A stretch of 64,000 bases of DNA, taken from Mobula hypostoma (Eukaryota). Of the stretch, positions 49,076 through 61,109 are shown piece by piece. Positions within the stretch are counted from its first letter, which is position 1. Every line of letters starts with the position of its first letter. Where the stretch lies: contig NC_086098.1 of the NCBI RefSeq assembly GCF_963921235.1, positions 3,534,001-3,598,000 on the forward strand. Reading direction: 5' to 3'. The notes under the pieces are model-generated. The model was not told where the DNA came from, did no database searches, and saw only the letters and a list, made by a program, of their open reading frames with translations. The translations under genes and the position numbers were made by a program.

Positions 49076-49239
49076 ATTATCTGACAACCATCGAGTTCTT
49101 GAACCAATGTGGATAACCTCGCTCACCATTACTCTGAACCAATTCTCTGACCCACAGGTTCACTATCAGAATTCATGTTCTCACTATTATTTTTATTTGT
49201 CTTCTTTTGCACATGGGTTGTTGTCAGTCCTTGTCTGTT

Positions 49240-49590
49240 TAGGTGTACAAGATTACGAGGGGCATAGATAGGTGAAATGCAAGCAGACGTTTTCCGCTGG
49301 GGTTGGGTGAGACCAGAACTAGAAGTCATGGGTTAGGGGTGAAAGGTGAAATGTTTAAGCGGAATCTTCTTCACTCAGAGGGTCGTGAGCACGTGAAATG
49401 AGCAGCCTACAGAAGTGGTGCACCCAAGATTGATTTCAATATTTAAGATAAATTTGGATTGGTACATGGATGAGAGGTGTCTGGAAGACTGTGGTCTGAG
49501 TACCGGGCGATGACTAGGCAGAGCAATGGTTCGGCATGGATAGATGGGCCAAAGGACCTGTTTCTGTGTGCAGTGGTCCATGGCTCTGTG
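49240..49590 (+). mobile_element. CR1 3' fragment
   Basis: VYKITRGIDR, TRSHGL, TTCTTCACTCAGAGGG, GGGCCAAAGGACCTGTTTC. Confidence 0.8.
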
Positions 49591-49594
49591 TTAA

Positions 49595-49830
49595 ACGAAC
49601 AGTTGATGTTATGGGCCAAGACCCTTCATGAGGACTGGAAAGGAAGGGAGAAGGTGAATAAGAAGGTGGGGGGACAGGAGGGAATACAGCTAGAAGGTGA
49701 CAGGTGAGGGGAAAGCTAGGTGGGTGGGGGAGGGGCGGGGGTTAAGGTAAGAAGCTGGAAGTTGATAGGTGGAAGAGGCAAAGAAATGAAGAAGAATGAA
49801 TCTAATAAGAGAAGGCTGTGGACAACAGGA
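49595..49830 (-). mobile_element. Neptune-type terminal repeat fragment
   Basis: Decayed hammerhead motif at 49600-49637 plus GA-rich UTR. Confidence 0.7.
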
Positions 49831-50093
49831 GACAACGGGTTTCATTTTCTTGACACAATCTCCTAGCCAGAAATGACGTGAAAAGTCAACTTCTAAGCAA
49901 GAAGCATCTGCTGGCTGCAGGAATCTTCCACAGTTTATTGGTTTCTACTGTAAAGAATGTATCACAGCTTCCCTTGCACACATCACTATGATAAGGCATA
50001 CACTTCCAAATATCACATCTTTGATCGATTAAATGAATTCAGAATCACTGCCTTGTGTCGTGAAATAACAAATTTCAAATTAAGCTTCATAGT

Positions 50094-52200
50094 CACAAGT
50101 CTGACTGTCCAGGTAGGCCCTTTGTCTCTGACTGTCCAGGTAGGCCCATTGTCTCTGACTATCCAGGTACATTGTCTCTGACTGTCCAGGTAGACCCTTT
50201 GTCTCTGACTGTCCAGGTAGGCCCATTGTCTCTGACTGTCCAGGTAGGCCCATTGTCTCTGACTATCCAGGTAGGCCCATTGTCTCTGACTGTCCAGGTA
50301 GGCCCTTTGTCTCTGCCTGCACATGCCCTATGGAACTCGTGTCCCTATACCTCAACTCTATTTGATCCCTGTTGGTTCAGTCCCTTCCCACCTACATCCA
50401 TGACACTTCCCAAGCTCCCATTCTCCTTACCACCTTTCAATTCCTGGCACTGAAACCTCAGTTTCACCATGGACGTCCAGTCCCTATACACTTCTATCCC
50501 TCATCAGGAAAGCCATAAAGCTCTCCCACACAAAATGCTGGAGGAACTCAGCAGGTCAGACAGCATCTATGGAAATGAATAGATAGTTGACATTTCAGGC
50601 TGACGCTGTCTTCAGGATGTAACACTTTCCACTTCTTTCCCAATAGGAGAATCAACCAGTCCCCTCTGCCACAAGCCTCTTCTGTCTGTCAGAACTGGTC
50701 CCCACCATAAAAATTTCTCCTTCAGTTCCTCCCACTTTCTCTAGACTTGAGGGGTTGCCATCAGCACTCGCGTAGGCCCAAGCTACACCTGCCTTTTTGT
50801 TGGTTATGTACTACAGTCTATGTTCAAAGCTTCCCCGGTAATGATCCCCAACTCTTCCTACGCTACACTGATAATTGCATTGATGCTGCTTCATGCACCC
50901 TTACTGAGCTCGCCAATTTTATCAACTTTTCCTCCAACTTTCATCCTGCCCTTAAATTCACTTGGTCCATCTCCAACACCTTCCTCCCCTTTCCTGATCT
51001 CTTGGTCTCCATTTCTGGAGTCAAACTGTCAACCAACATTTTTTATAAACCTACCAATTCCCACGGCTATCTTGACTATACTATACCTCTCCCTACCCTG
51101 TCTCCTGTCAAAATGTTATTCCCTTTCTCAGTTCCTTCGTTTCCACCATATCTGTTCCTAGGATGCAGCTTTCCTTTCCAGGACACCAGAGATGTCCTCC
51201 TTCTTCAGAGAACGGGGTTTCCCTTATTCCACCATCGATGCTGCCTTCACCTGCATCTCCATTTCTTGGACATCCATCATCACTCCACCTTCCCACCACC
51301 TTAATGGTATAGAGTTCCTCTTATCCTTACCTACCACCCTATAAGCCTCCATATCCAACGTATCATTTTCTGTAAATTTCACCATCTCCAAGGGATCCTG
51401 CTTCCAAACACATCTTTACCTCCCTCCGCCACACTACACTTTCTGCAGGGATCGCTCCCTCCGTGATTCCCTTGTCCATTCGTCCCTCCCCACTAATCTC
51501 CCTCATGGCACTTATCACTGCAAGTGGCCGAAGTTCTACACCTGCCCATTCACCTCTTCCATTCAGGTTCCCAAACAGTCCTCCCAGGTGAGTCAACACT
51601 TCACCTGCAAATCTGCTATATCTGGTGCTCCCGATGCGGCCTCCTCTACATTGGTGAGACCCATCGTAAATTGGTGGACCATTTCGTCGAGCACTTCCAC
51701 TCCATCTGCCAAAAGTGGGACTTCCCAATGGCCAAACATTTTATTTCCATTTTCCATTCCCATTCTGTCATGTCAGAATCAGAATCAGAATCAGGCTTAT
51801 TATCACCGGTATACATCCTAAAATTTGTTGGTCCATGGCCTCCGCTTTTGCCATAGGATCAACACCTCATATTCCATCTGATGGCATGACTATGATTTGT
51901 CCTTCAGGTAAAAAAATATTCCCACCCCCTCCCATCTTTTTCTATTCCACACTTGGCTATCTTACCTCTTCTCAGCTGCCTATCACTCTCCCTGGGTCCC
52001 CTCTCTAGCCCTTTAAATTTTCAATCCACCTGGCTTCACCTTCCAGCTCTCTTCCTTCCCCTCCCTCCACTTTTTCAATTTTGGTGTCTTCCCCTTCCTT
52101 CTCAGTCCTGGCGAAGGGCCTCACCCTGAAACGTTGTCTGTTCATTCATTTCCATAGATGCAGCTTGACCTGTTGAGTTCCTCCGGCATTTTGTGTGTGT
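50094..52200 (+). mobile_element. Neptune-type Penelope-like element, RT + GIY-YIG, 5'-truncated and decayed
   Basis: HKSDCPGRPIVS, FTMDVQSLYTSIPH, GVAISTRVGPSYTCLFVGY, LFLRYTDNC (decayed YxDD), FYKPTNSHGYLDY, CSRCGLLYIGET; hammerhead remnant at 52103-52140. Confidence 0.9.
50101..50312 (+). repeat. 27-bp tandem repeat (8 units, one of 23 bp) of Penelope RT coding sequence
   Basis: CTGACTGTCCAGGTAGGCCCATTGTCT at 50101, 50128, 50155, 50178, 50205, 50232, 50259, 50286. Confidence 0.95.
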
Positions 52201-52959
52201 TGTCGTGAAACTTGTTGTTTGCAGTACATAATTTAAAAAACTATAAATTATGACAAGAAATACTTGTATTAAAAATTTAATTCCATAAGTAATGCAAAAA
52301 GAGAGGAAAAAAAGAAAAACAAGCGAGGTAGTGTACATGAATTCATCGTCCATTCAGAAATCTGATGGCGGTGGGGAAGAGGCTCTTCCTCACAGCCCTG
52401 TTCATAAATATTTTGGCTGAGGTTTTAGGTTAGTGAGGGAATAATCAGAGGGAAATCCAGATATTCAACGTACATTTTTATCAAAGAATGTATGCAGTAT
52501 ACAACCCTCAGATTCGTCTTCCCACAGACAGACACAAAACAAAAACCCACCATGGAAACTGTACAAAGAAAACATCAAACACTCAACATGCAAAAAAAGG
52601 ACAAATTGCACAAACAGCATAACTCCTATACAGTACGTCTCACTCTTAACATATGCATTCATGAGCATGGCTTTGGTCAGGCAAGGGTAGTTTTTAATTT
52701 GGCCCTGATTTCCACGGTCAGACTGCTTTCCTATACACCAGCACAATTAACAAATTGATTATTTCTCTGTTTAATAACTTTGTCACTTATTCCCTCAAAA
52801 TGCTGAAGCTGCCAGATCCACTGCCTTGCATTTGCATGTCATTTTGCTTTGGTGCTGACAGTACCAAGTGCCGTTACAAAGAGCAGCAAAAAAGCAAATT
52901 TCACAACATCAGTGATTCTAACCACAGACAATTAACAAACTTCAGAGAAAACCTGACTG

Positions 52960-53190
52960 AATGAATGCTGTACAAAACTGCGTTCAGAGATGTGTTGAAT
53001 GTACAGTGTACAATACTACGTTCAGTGATACAATCAATGTAGACTGTACATATCTATGTTCAGTGATGTGGTGAATGTAGACTGTACAAAACTATGTTTG
53101 GTGATGCAGCGAATGTAGACTGTAGGAAACTACGTTCAGTGATGAGGAGAACGTACGCCGTACAATGCTGCTTTCAGTGGTGCAGTATGT
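52960..53190. repeat. 38-bp diverged minisatellite, about 6 units
   Basis: GAATGTAGACTGTACAAAACTACGTTCAGTGATG.. with AATGT/AACGT at 52998, 53036, 53074, 53112, 53150. Confidence 0.9.
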
Positions 53191-53476
53191 ATAGCTTGAG
53201 AGGTTTATAGGCCAACCTCAGCTTTCTTCCCATCACTTCCATCCTCTTTGTCGTTACATATATGTATAGTTAGTCTCGGTTTGAAATTACTCCTCATGGG
53301 CACTCATCTCGATGTTACTGATAAATAAATCACCAGTTCAAATGGACTAATTCAGAAGGGGCCGTTGCATTTCTGGATGGTCCACGACCTCATCATCTTT
53401 CTCTCTTTTTGCACTACTTATTTATAATCTACTGTATTTCGTATTATAACTTGGAACACAGAATATAGAAAGTATA

Positions 53477-54057
53477 TGTAATGCCCTCGTTCATACTTTT
53501 TTACTTTTCAGCTGTTCTGGATTTCATTTTGTGCTGTTCTGTGTAAGCTGCTGGTTTTCCACTGCTGTTTGGGTTACTGTTGAGGATAAGAGAGTGGGGA
53601 ATTGTCTACCATCCAGATGGTCAGATTGAGGGGAGATTTCTCTGGTGAGGGACACTAAGGTTGGGCTTGGGGATTTTGTTAGAGAGAGAGATGAAGAGAG
53701 AAGACGCCAGAGAGAACAGGTCGTAGGATTGGACCCAGAGTGGGTCCGTAACTCAAGGAAGCCGGGGTGATCAATGGAGGATCAGTGAAGGGGAATCTGT
53801 GAGCTCCAATTTGTGCAGATCAGACTGTTTCATTAAAATGGGCCTTTTCTTTTTGTTCTTTCTTTTCTAACCTTTTAGTCAAATTAAGAATTATAAAGCT
53901 AAATCGCTTAATTGTATGTGGAGTACTGTCCGTAATTTCGTGGCACTCATTTGTAACAGGGTAACGAATCACACAGCATCCACACAAGCAGAGGGTTGGG
54001 GTGGGCTCGCACCTCAATCTCACACAGTTACGCTGCCAAGGAAACCAGAGTGTCTCA
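53477..54057 (+). mobile_element. Probable solo LTR (581 bp) inside a Rex1-type tail
   Basis: TGTAA...CTCA termini flanked by TATA on both sides; Rex1 tail pieces at ~53380-53450 and ~54075-54170. Confidence 0.6.
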
Positions 54058-54769
54058 TATATATGAACTGGAGACAATTATAGTGATTTCTTACATTCTG
54101 CACTGTTCTGCTGCCACAAAACAACCAATTACATGATATCTATCAGTGATAATAAACTTTATCTGATTCCAATTCTGGTCCTGACTAGGTTAGGTAATTT
54201 TTTTCCATCTCTTTGAACGTTATTTGCTGGTAATCCATCTGCCTGTGTTTGACCCATCTCCCTCGCTTCTTGGGCAGGAGATGGTGGAGTCCTGGGCCCA
54301 ATCACCAGGATCAAGAGCAGTTGTTATCCTACAGCCATCGGGCTCCTGGACCATCTTCACCCGCCTCAGCATTGAATGACGGGGTCCACAGCCGTGGCCT
54401 GTAGTCACTGGGCTCCTGGACCGGCTTCAGTGCTGAACTGGCTCCATTTCTGCGGACGTGGACTTGCTCAGGGATGTTTATGCTCTGTGTTATTTGTTTA
54501 CTTTTTTACTGTTTGCACAATTTGTTCTTTTTTTTTGCTCATTGGGTGTTTGTCAGTCTTTATTGTGTGTGTTTTTTGCAGATCCTGTTGTGTTTCTTTG
54601 TTTCCCTGTGGCTGCCTGCAAGCAGATGAAGCTCAAGCTTGTATATGGTATACATACTCTGACAATAAGTGTAATTTGAACTTCGAAATTTTAACTTTTT
54701 AAAGAAACCTGATAAGGTATTTGGGTTTTTTTTTGCTTTCATTGTAGGACAACACCCAGCAGCTCAATG

Positions 54770-55220
54770 TCCAAGAACGGAGAAGTAGTGGACACTGCCC
54801 AGCCTATCACAGGAAAAGCAGTCCCCACAACTGGCCATATCCACAAGAAGCACTGCTGGAAGAGAACAGCACCCATCAGCAAGGGTCCCCTGGAAGGAAG
54901 TCCTACACCACCCGATTCGAGAACAGTCACTACCCCTCAATCATCAGTCTCCTGAACCAGTGGAGATAACTTCACTCAACTCAACACTGAACTGATTCCA
55001 CAACCTACGGACTCACTTTCAATGACTCTACAACATTTTTTTACTAATTTTTTTCTCTCTGTTTGCACAGTTTGTCTTTCTGGGTTTGTGTGCAGTTTTT
55101 TTAATTGATTCTATTGTGTTTATTTGTTCATCTGTGAATGCCTGCAAGAAAATGAATCTCAGGGCAGTAAATGGTGAGATATACATATTTTGATATTAAG
55201 TTGACATTGCCTTGGACCTT
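54770..55220 (+). mobile_element. Rex1/Babar LINE 3' fragment
   Basis: VVDTAQPITGKAVPTTGHIHKKHC; TGCAAGAAAATGAATCTCAGGG tail. Confidence 0.8.
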
Positions 55221-55387
55221 GATCAAGCAGGTTTATCAAAACTGTCACGTTACAAAGACCCAAAAACTTGCCTGACTGGCACCACAAGCATTGCTCAGTT
55301 TTCCTTCTGAATGCTGGAGAGGTGTATCAGTGGTAGTTATTTAGTTATTTACAGGACTGTCTGTTACACAGCTGAGGAAGTAATAGG

Positions 55388-55690
55388 CCAGCCACGGTAG
55401 TGTAGCATTTAGTATGATGCTATTACAACTTGGGAGGTGGAGTTCGGGGTTCAATTCCAGTGACAGCTGGAAGGAATTTGTACATTTTCCCTGTGACCAT
55501 GTGTGTTTCCTCCAGGTGCTCCAGTTTCCTCCCACAGTCCAAAGGCTTACTAGTCTGCGGGGTAATTGGTGACTATAAATTGTCCTGTGAATAGGCTAGA
55601 GTTCAGTCGGTGGGTTGTTGGACAGTGTGGCTCATTGAACTGGAAGGGCCTGTTCCACACACTCTTTAGACAAATAAAAAATATAAATCT
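55388..55690 (+). mobile_element. V-SINE (near full length)
   Basis: CACGGTAGTGTAGC A-box region, GGTTCAATTCC, V core TTTCCTCCAGGTGCTCCAGTTTCCTCCCACAGTCCAAAG. Confidence 0.85.
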
Positions 55691-56216
55691 TATTGCCCAT
55701 GGGATCAAGGATCAACCTTATTCACCATTTACATTGACATGCGTCAGGAATTTACTGTGGTGTGTTGGCGCTACATGCAATAAAAAACATTCAACGATTA
55801 TAAATAATTATATAAAATACTGCAGACTCTGCTGGTATGACAAAGCATTGTTTGGCAGAGCTGCAAGCCACTGTGTGACTCAACACAAGGTAGTTTTCTC
55901 TTTGGATACAATTGGCAACCTATTCACAAATTCTAATCGAAGTTGTACCGATTTTCCAAAGTGAGTGGTTCAAGATTCTGCCAAAAAATTATTTACATAA
56001 TCATGTGTAAAATCTCCTAAAAAGCAGAGCAATGTGATTTTTTTCATCTTTCCCAGGCACTTAAAGAGATTCATTGATTATATTATAAAATGTAACCTGG
56101 AGCAGCCTTATTATTACAGCTGCAAGTAGATTTATTGCAAAGATTAAACATCCTTAATAATCCAGTCAACCACCTGTGTGGAACCTGATTTTAAATCACT
56201 GAAAATGGCTTCAATA

Positions 56217-56700
56217 CACTCAGTGGCCACTTTATTAGGTACCCCTGAACATCTGCTCACTAATCAACCAATCACGCGGCAGCAACATCAGAATGAGAAA
56301 GAAATGTGATCTGAACGACTTTGACCATGGAATCATTGATGGTGCCAGACAGGGTGGTTTCAGTATCTCAGAAACTGCTGATCTGGGATTTTCACGTACA
56401 ACAGTCTTTAAAGTTTACAGAGAATGATGCAATAAAACAAAATCAATCCAGTAAGTGGCTGTTCTGTGAGCAAAAATGCCTTGCTACTGAGAGAGGCCAG
56501 AGGAGACTGGTCAAACTGGTTCAAGCTGACAGGAAAGTGACAGTAACTTGTTACAACAATGGTGTGCAGAAGAGCATCTCTGAATGCATAACATATCAAA
56601 CCTTGAACTGGATGGGCTATAGCAGCAGAAGACCATGAACATACACGCAGTGGCCACTTTATTAGGAACGGGAGATACAGAATAAAGTGGCCACTGAGTG
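56217..56700 (+). mobile_element. Tc1 non-autonomous element, complete, three TIR copies
   Basis: TA|CACTCAGTGGCCACTTTATTAGG ... AATAAAGTGGCCACTGAGTG|TA; internal TIR at 56644; ERGQRRLVKLVQADRK..WMGYSSRRP*. Confidence 0.93.
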
Positions 56701-58019
56701 TAATTAAGCAGAATTTATTATTTTCATTGGTGTGTGCTGGCTCATTTTGTCAGAATATTAAATGTATTTTGACCTTGAAAACATATAACACATTAGAACA
56801 TACCAATAACGTGCCTCAGCTAAGTGCAAGAGGCTTTGTAGCTCATTACTGCCCCCACTGGTAGTTGTAGCATTGGCACTCAGTTAAAGGAAAACAGTAC
56901 AAAGTTTAAAGTATAATTATTATCGAAGCAGGTTTTTGATACCATATACCATTTGAGATCTGTGTTCTTGCAGGCATTCAGAGGAAAATAAAGAAATGCA
57001 ATATAATTTATGAAAAACAACAATGTGCAAAAGAAGACAAATCATGCAAATAATTTTAAAAGTAAATAAATAATACAGAGTTGTAGAGTCCTTGATGAGC
57101 CTACAGGTTGAATTTTATAGGTTAACAAACAACATGCCATCAAATTCGGGATTTACTTGCCTTCCCATGTAAATTGGTCAGAATTATCAGCCAATTTTGG
57201 TGCTTGCTTGCTGGACTCCACAATTTAAAAGCATCTTGACCATATCTGCATGCTTTTGTGCATTGAGTTGCTGCCACATGATTGGCTGATTAGATATTTG
57301 CATTAATGACAGGTGTACGTAATAAACTGGCCACTGAGTGTAATTATCTTTGAGCAATAGCTCCAAAGATACTTGGATAATTTTTGCCGTTCCAATACAA
57401 TGATTCACACACTCGAGTTAAAAAGACTGCTCTTGTGAAATGTGATATTTGCTTCTCGTTGAATGAAAGGCAATGCATTCCCATTCCAGTATTGTCATCA
57501 GCTGAGCCGTAATTGTATTAGATCATTAAAATTATCTCTGCAGTTGATCAAGGGAGATTCTGTACAAATGGATAATAGAGGTGGTTGTGTTTTGTTATGA
57601 ACACAAAGTGCTTTAAAAAGACACTGTCTCCTCAGAAGGAGTTACATAAAGAGTAAGCAGCTTTATAAAGATTGCTCCTGAAGGGCTTTTCAAAAGAATG
57701 AACTGTAAAGTAACAGTTTCATCATCATTGTCCCAATTACAACTAGAACAAGAATTTTGTTCCATTTGACTACAGATGTTAACATACACTTCACTCCAAT
57801 TCTCATATCAAAAGTTCACAGTTCAAAGTAAAGGTATTATTGAAATACATATATGTCACCTTTTACAACCCTGAGATTCATTTTCTTGTGAGCATTCACA
57901 GTATATGAAAGAAACACAATGGCTTCAATTAATTTACCCCTTTGGGTTAGCCAATCAGGACCGAGGCAAGCAAATGGGGGGTTATATGAAAGCTAACACT
58001 CCCAGAGAGAAATAGCAAC

Positions 58020-58330
58020 GACTGTGCTCTTCTACATACCACTGTTGTAACACATGTTTGCCTAAGTTGCTGCAACCTTCCCGTCAGTTTGAACCAGTTT
58101 GGCCATTCTCCTCTGGCCTCTCTCAGTAGCAAGGCATTTTTGCCCACCACACTGCCACTCACTGGATTGCTTCTGTTTTTTGCATCATTCTCTGTAGAGA
58201 CTGCTTTAGAGACTGCTGTGTGCAAAAATCGCAGGAGATCAGCAGTTCCTGAGCTACTCAAACCACCCCGTCTGGCACCGTCAATGATTCCATGGTCGAA
58301 GTCACTTGGATCACATTTGTTCTCCATGTT
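58020..58330 (-). mobile_element. Tc1 derivative internal fragment (another end fragment at ~57230-57340)
   Basis: MENKCDPSDFDHGIIDGARRGGLSSSGTADLL. Confidence 0.8.
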
Positions 58331-58392
58331 TGCTGTGCTCAGAGCTAGGCAGGTGAAGACAGGACAGGAAAAGGCCTTGTGATCCCCACACC

Positions 58393-58468
58393 CAGGGGTT
58401 CCCAACCTGGAGTCCACACACCCCTTGCTTAATGGGGTCTAAGGCATAAAAAAGTTTGGGAACCCCTA
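58393..58468. mobile_element. Tiny hAT/Charlie-like MITE
   Basis: CAGGGGTTCCCAACCT ... AGTTTGGGAACCCCT inverted termini; possible degenerate 8-bp TSD. Confidence 0.65.
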
Positions 58469-58694
58469 TCCAACCCCGTTTTTATTAAACCTTCCCAGTG
58501 TTTTTGTAGCAATCCTGAAGAAGAGTCTCAACCCAAAACTTTGAATGTTTACTCTTTTCCATGGACGCTGCCCGACCAGCTGTGCTCCTCCAGTATTTTG
58601 TGTGTTTTACTCTGGATTTCCAGCATCTGCAGACTTTCTTCTGTCAAGAGTTATTATTGTTTTCATGCATTAAAATTTGGTTTGCACGTCATTA

Positions 58695-59235
58695 CACTCG
58701 GTGGCCACTTTATTAGGTACACCGGTATAGCAGCTCATTAATGCGAATATCTAATCAGCCAATCATGTGGCAGAAACTCAGTGCATAAAAACATGCCGAA
58801 ACATCAGAAGGTTCAGTCGTTGTTCAGATCAAACATCAGAATGAGGAAGAAGTGTGATCGGTGACTTTGACAGCGGAATGATTGTTGGTGCCACACGGGG
58901 TGGTTTGAGTATCTCAGAAACTGCTGATCTCCTGGGATTTTCACACACAACCACACAACACTCTCTAGAGTTTACAGAGAATGGTGTGAAAAACAAAAAA
59001 AAATCCAGTGAGTGGCAGTTCTGTGGGTGAAAACACCTTGTTAATGAGAGAGGTCAGAGGAGAATGGCCGGAGTGGTTCAAGCTGACAGGAAGGCGACAG
59101 TAACTCAAATAACCAGGTGTTAGAACAGTGATGTGCAGAAGAGCATCTCTGAACGCACAACACATCGAACCTTGAAGTTGATGGGCCACAGGGCCACAGC
59201 AGCAAGAAGTCCACACTTAGAGTGACCACTGAGTG
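58695..59235 (+). mobile_element. Tc1 non-autonomous element
   Basis: TA|CACTCGGTGGCCACTTTATTAGGTAC ... AGTGACCACTGAGTG|TA; transposase N-terminal remnant. Confidence 0.92.
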
Positions 59236-59764
59236 TATTACAGCACTGATATCACTGTCCAGGGAAGATTATTTTCAATTTTATTCTACAGAAGAGCGAG
59301 CAAGAGAAAGGTAATTTTGTTTCCCTTTTCCTAGAACCTGAGGCATGGTGCATTGGCAGCTAGAAAAACCCTGTTGGAAACTGATTTTGAAATTGCTCAG
59401 TTGCAGAGAAAAGAGAAAACCCTTTCTTATCTAAACAAACAAAAGGCAGCGCCTGACACTCGGGCTGTGTGCACGACATCCACTCTGCGTGGGGATTTCC
59501 TATAGCCTTTTGATGCAGGTCCTCTAAGGGAGAGCCCAACTTTTTGATTTCACCCATCACGCAGAGATTTGTTTTCACTTCCCGGTTACAAGTAAACTGC
59601 AATTGGAGAAAAGTGCCTGTTACAACCCGGAGGTTTTTAACACAATCCTGGAGCTGATTCTCCAGTGAGGAAGCAATATTGAATTGACCCAATCTGGTGT
59701 ACACCTCCTCAAAAGGGCCTGAGCACCAAGTCAGAAAGACGCATGTACTGTTTGTGATGCTCAC

Positions 59765-60315
59765 GTGTGTGCACAAGTGTGTGTGTGTCTGCATGAGTGT
59801 GTGTAAGAGAAAGAGAGAGAGACAGAGAGGGAGAAGGAAGGAAAGAGAGAGAGACAGAGGAAGTGGGAGGGAAAGAGACAGACAGACGGATAGATAGAAA
59901 AACAGAGGGAGAAAGACAGAGAGAGGGAGATGAAGTGAGAGAGACAGACAGAGATGGGAGAAGGACAGAGAGAGACAGAAAAAGGCAGATGGGAGAAGGA
60001 GGGAGAGACAGAAAGAGATAAAGAGGGAGTGGGTGGAAGGGAAAGAGACACAGAGGGAGAAGGGGAGAGAGACAGACAGAGGATGACTGAGAGACAGAGT
60101 GAGAGATAGAGAGATGGAGAAGGAGGGAGACAGAGAAACAGACAGATACTAACTTTTTGATTTCATCCTCATCCATCCCGCAGTTATCACCTCAAGTGTT
60201 ACAAGTGAACTGCAGCTGGAGAAATGTGTCAGAGAGGGGTGGAAGGGTAAGAGAGAGAGAGGGTGGGGGAAGAGATGGAGGAAGAAAGGGAGAGGAAGAA
60301 AAAGAGACAGAGAGG
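59765..60315. repeat. (TG)n then long purine-rich (GA/GACA) low-complexity tract
   Basis: Directly visible; broken by a non-repetitive insert at 60151-60228. Confidence 0.9.
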
Positions 60316-61109
60316 CACTAAATGTTTAATAACGCCTTGGCATTATTTCTAAAAATTCCTGTTATGGTGACTATTTAAAACGAAGATTCCCTGGTTTCTT
60401 CTACCAAAAAGAAAAAGCATCTTGCATAATTTAACTTAGGTTTATTCGTGTTGTAAGCTTTAATTCAGCTTTAGATCTATTAACGTGCTGGCAACTCATT
60501 ATTTGCACATTGTTCAGCATCAGCCTGATGACACGAAACTTATCACTCTTTCGTAACGCACTGTGAATTATTTCTACAGTGGAAATCTTTGGCAACCGAA
60601 AGCACGGCACACGGCTCGCAGACTATTTTCAAAGTCTTGTCTGGGTGTTTACTTATAATCTCTCCATCAGCTGAGGAAAAATAAAAGTGGATTGACCCAC
60701 AAGGGTAATCAGTCCATCATAAAGCAATTCTCCTCTCCCCTCCCCCTCCCACACCCCAGAGACACCGCTCTGAAATCCTCTTCTAATGAAATGATGTGCC
60801 TTACAGCCCTAATGGGACCCTGTTCAATAGGTCAATGCCACCTCAACGTGCCAGAGACGCCGCTTTGCTGAACAATACCAGAACCAAACCAGGATTGCAG
60901 GCTCTTTCACACTTGGCTCAAAAGTTACCTTGACTCACAATCAGAATCAGGTTCATTATCATTGACACATCATAAAATTTGGGTTTTTTTGCAGCAACAG
61001 TACAGTGTAACATATAAAATATAACATAAATGGCAATAGCAAATATCCATACTGTGCAAAAATTTAGGCACAGAGCCTAAGACTTTGCACAGTATAGAAA
61101 TATATATAT

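Noticed and set aside
59292..59310. Possible micro-exon (TACAG|19 nt|GTAATT)
   Set aside because: Not frame-preserving, weak polypyrimidine tract, no partner exons; needs RNA-seq
59360..60176. 144-aa and 155-aa minus-strand ORFs
   Set aside because: Driven by CT/CA low complexity or lacking any recognisable domain
60525..60539. CTGATGA-CAC-GAAAC hammerhead-like core
   Set aside because: Only 3 nt between the core halves (no stem II) and no convincing stems I or III
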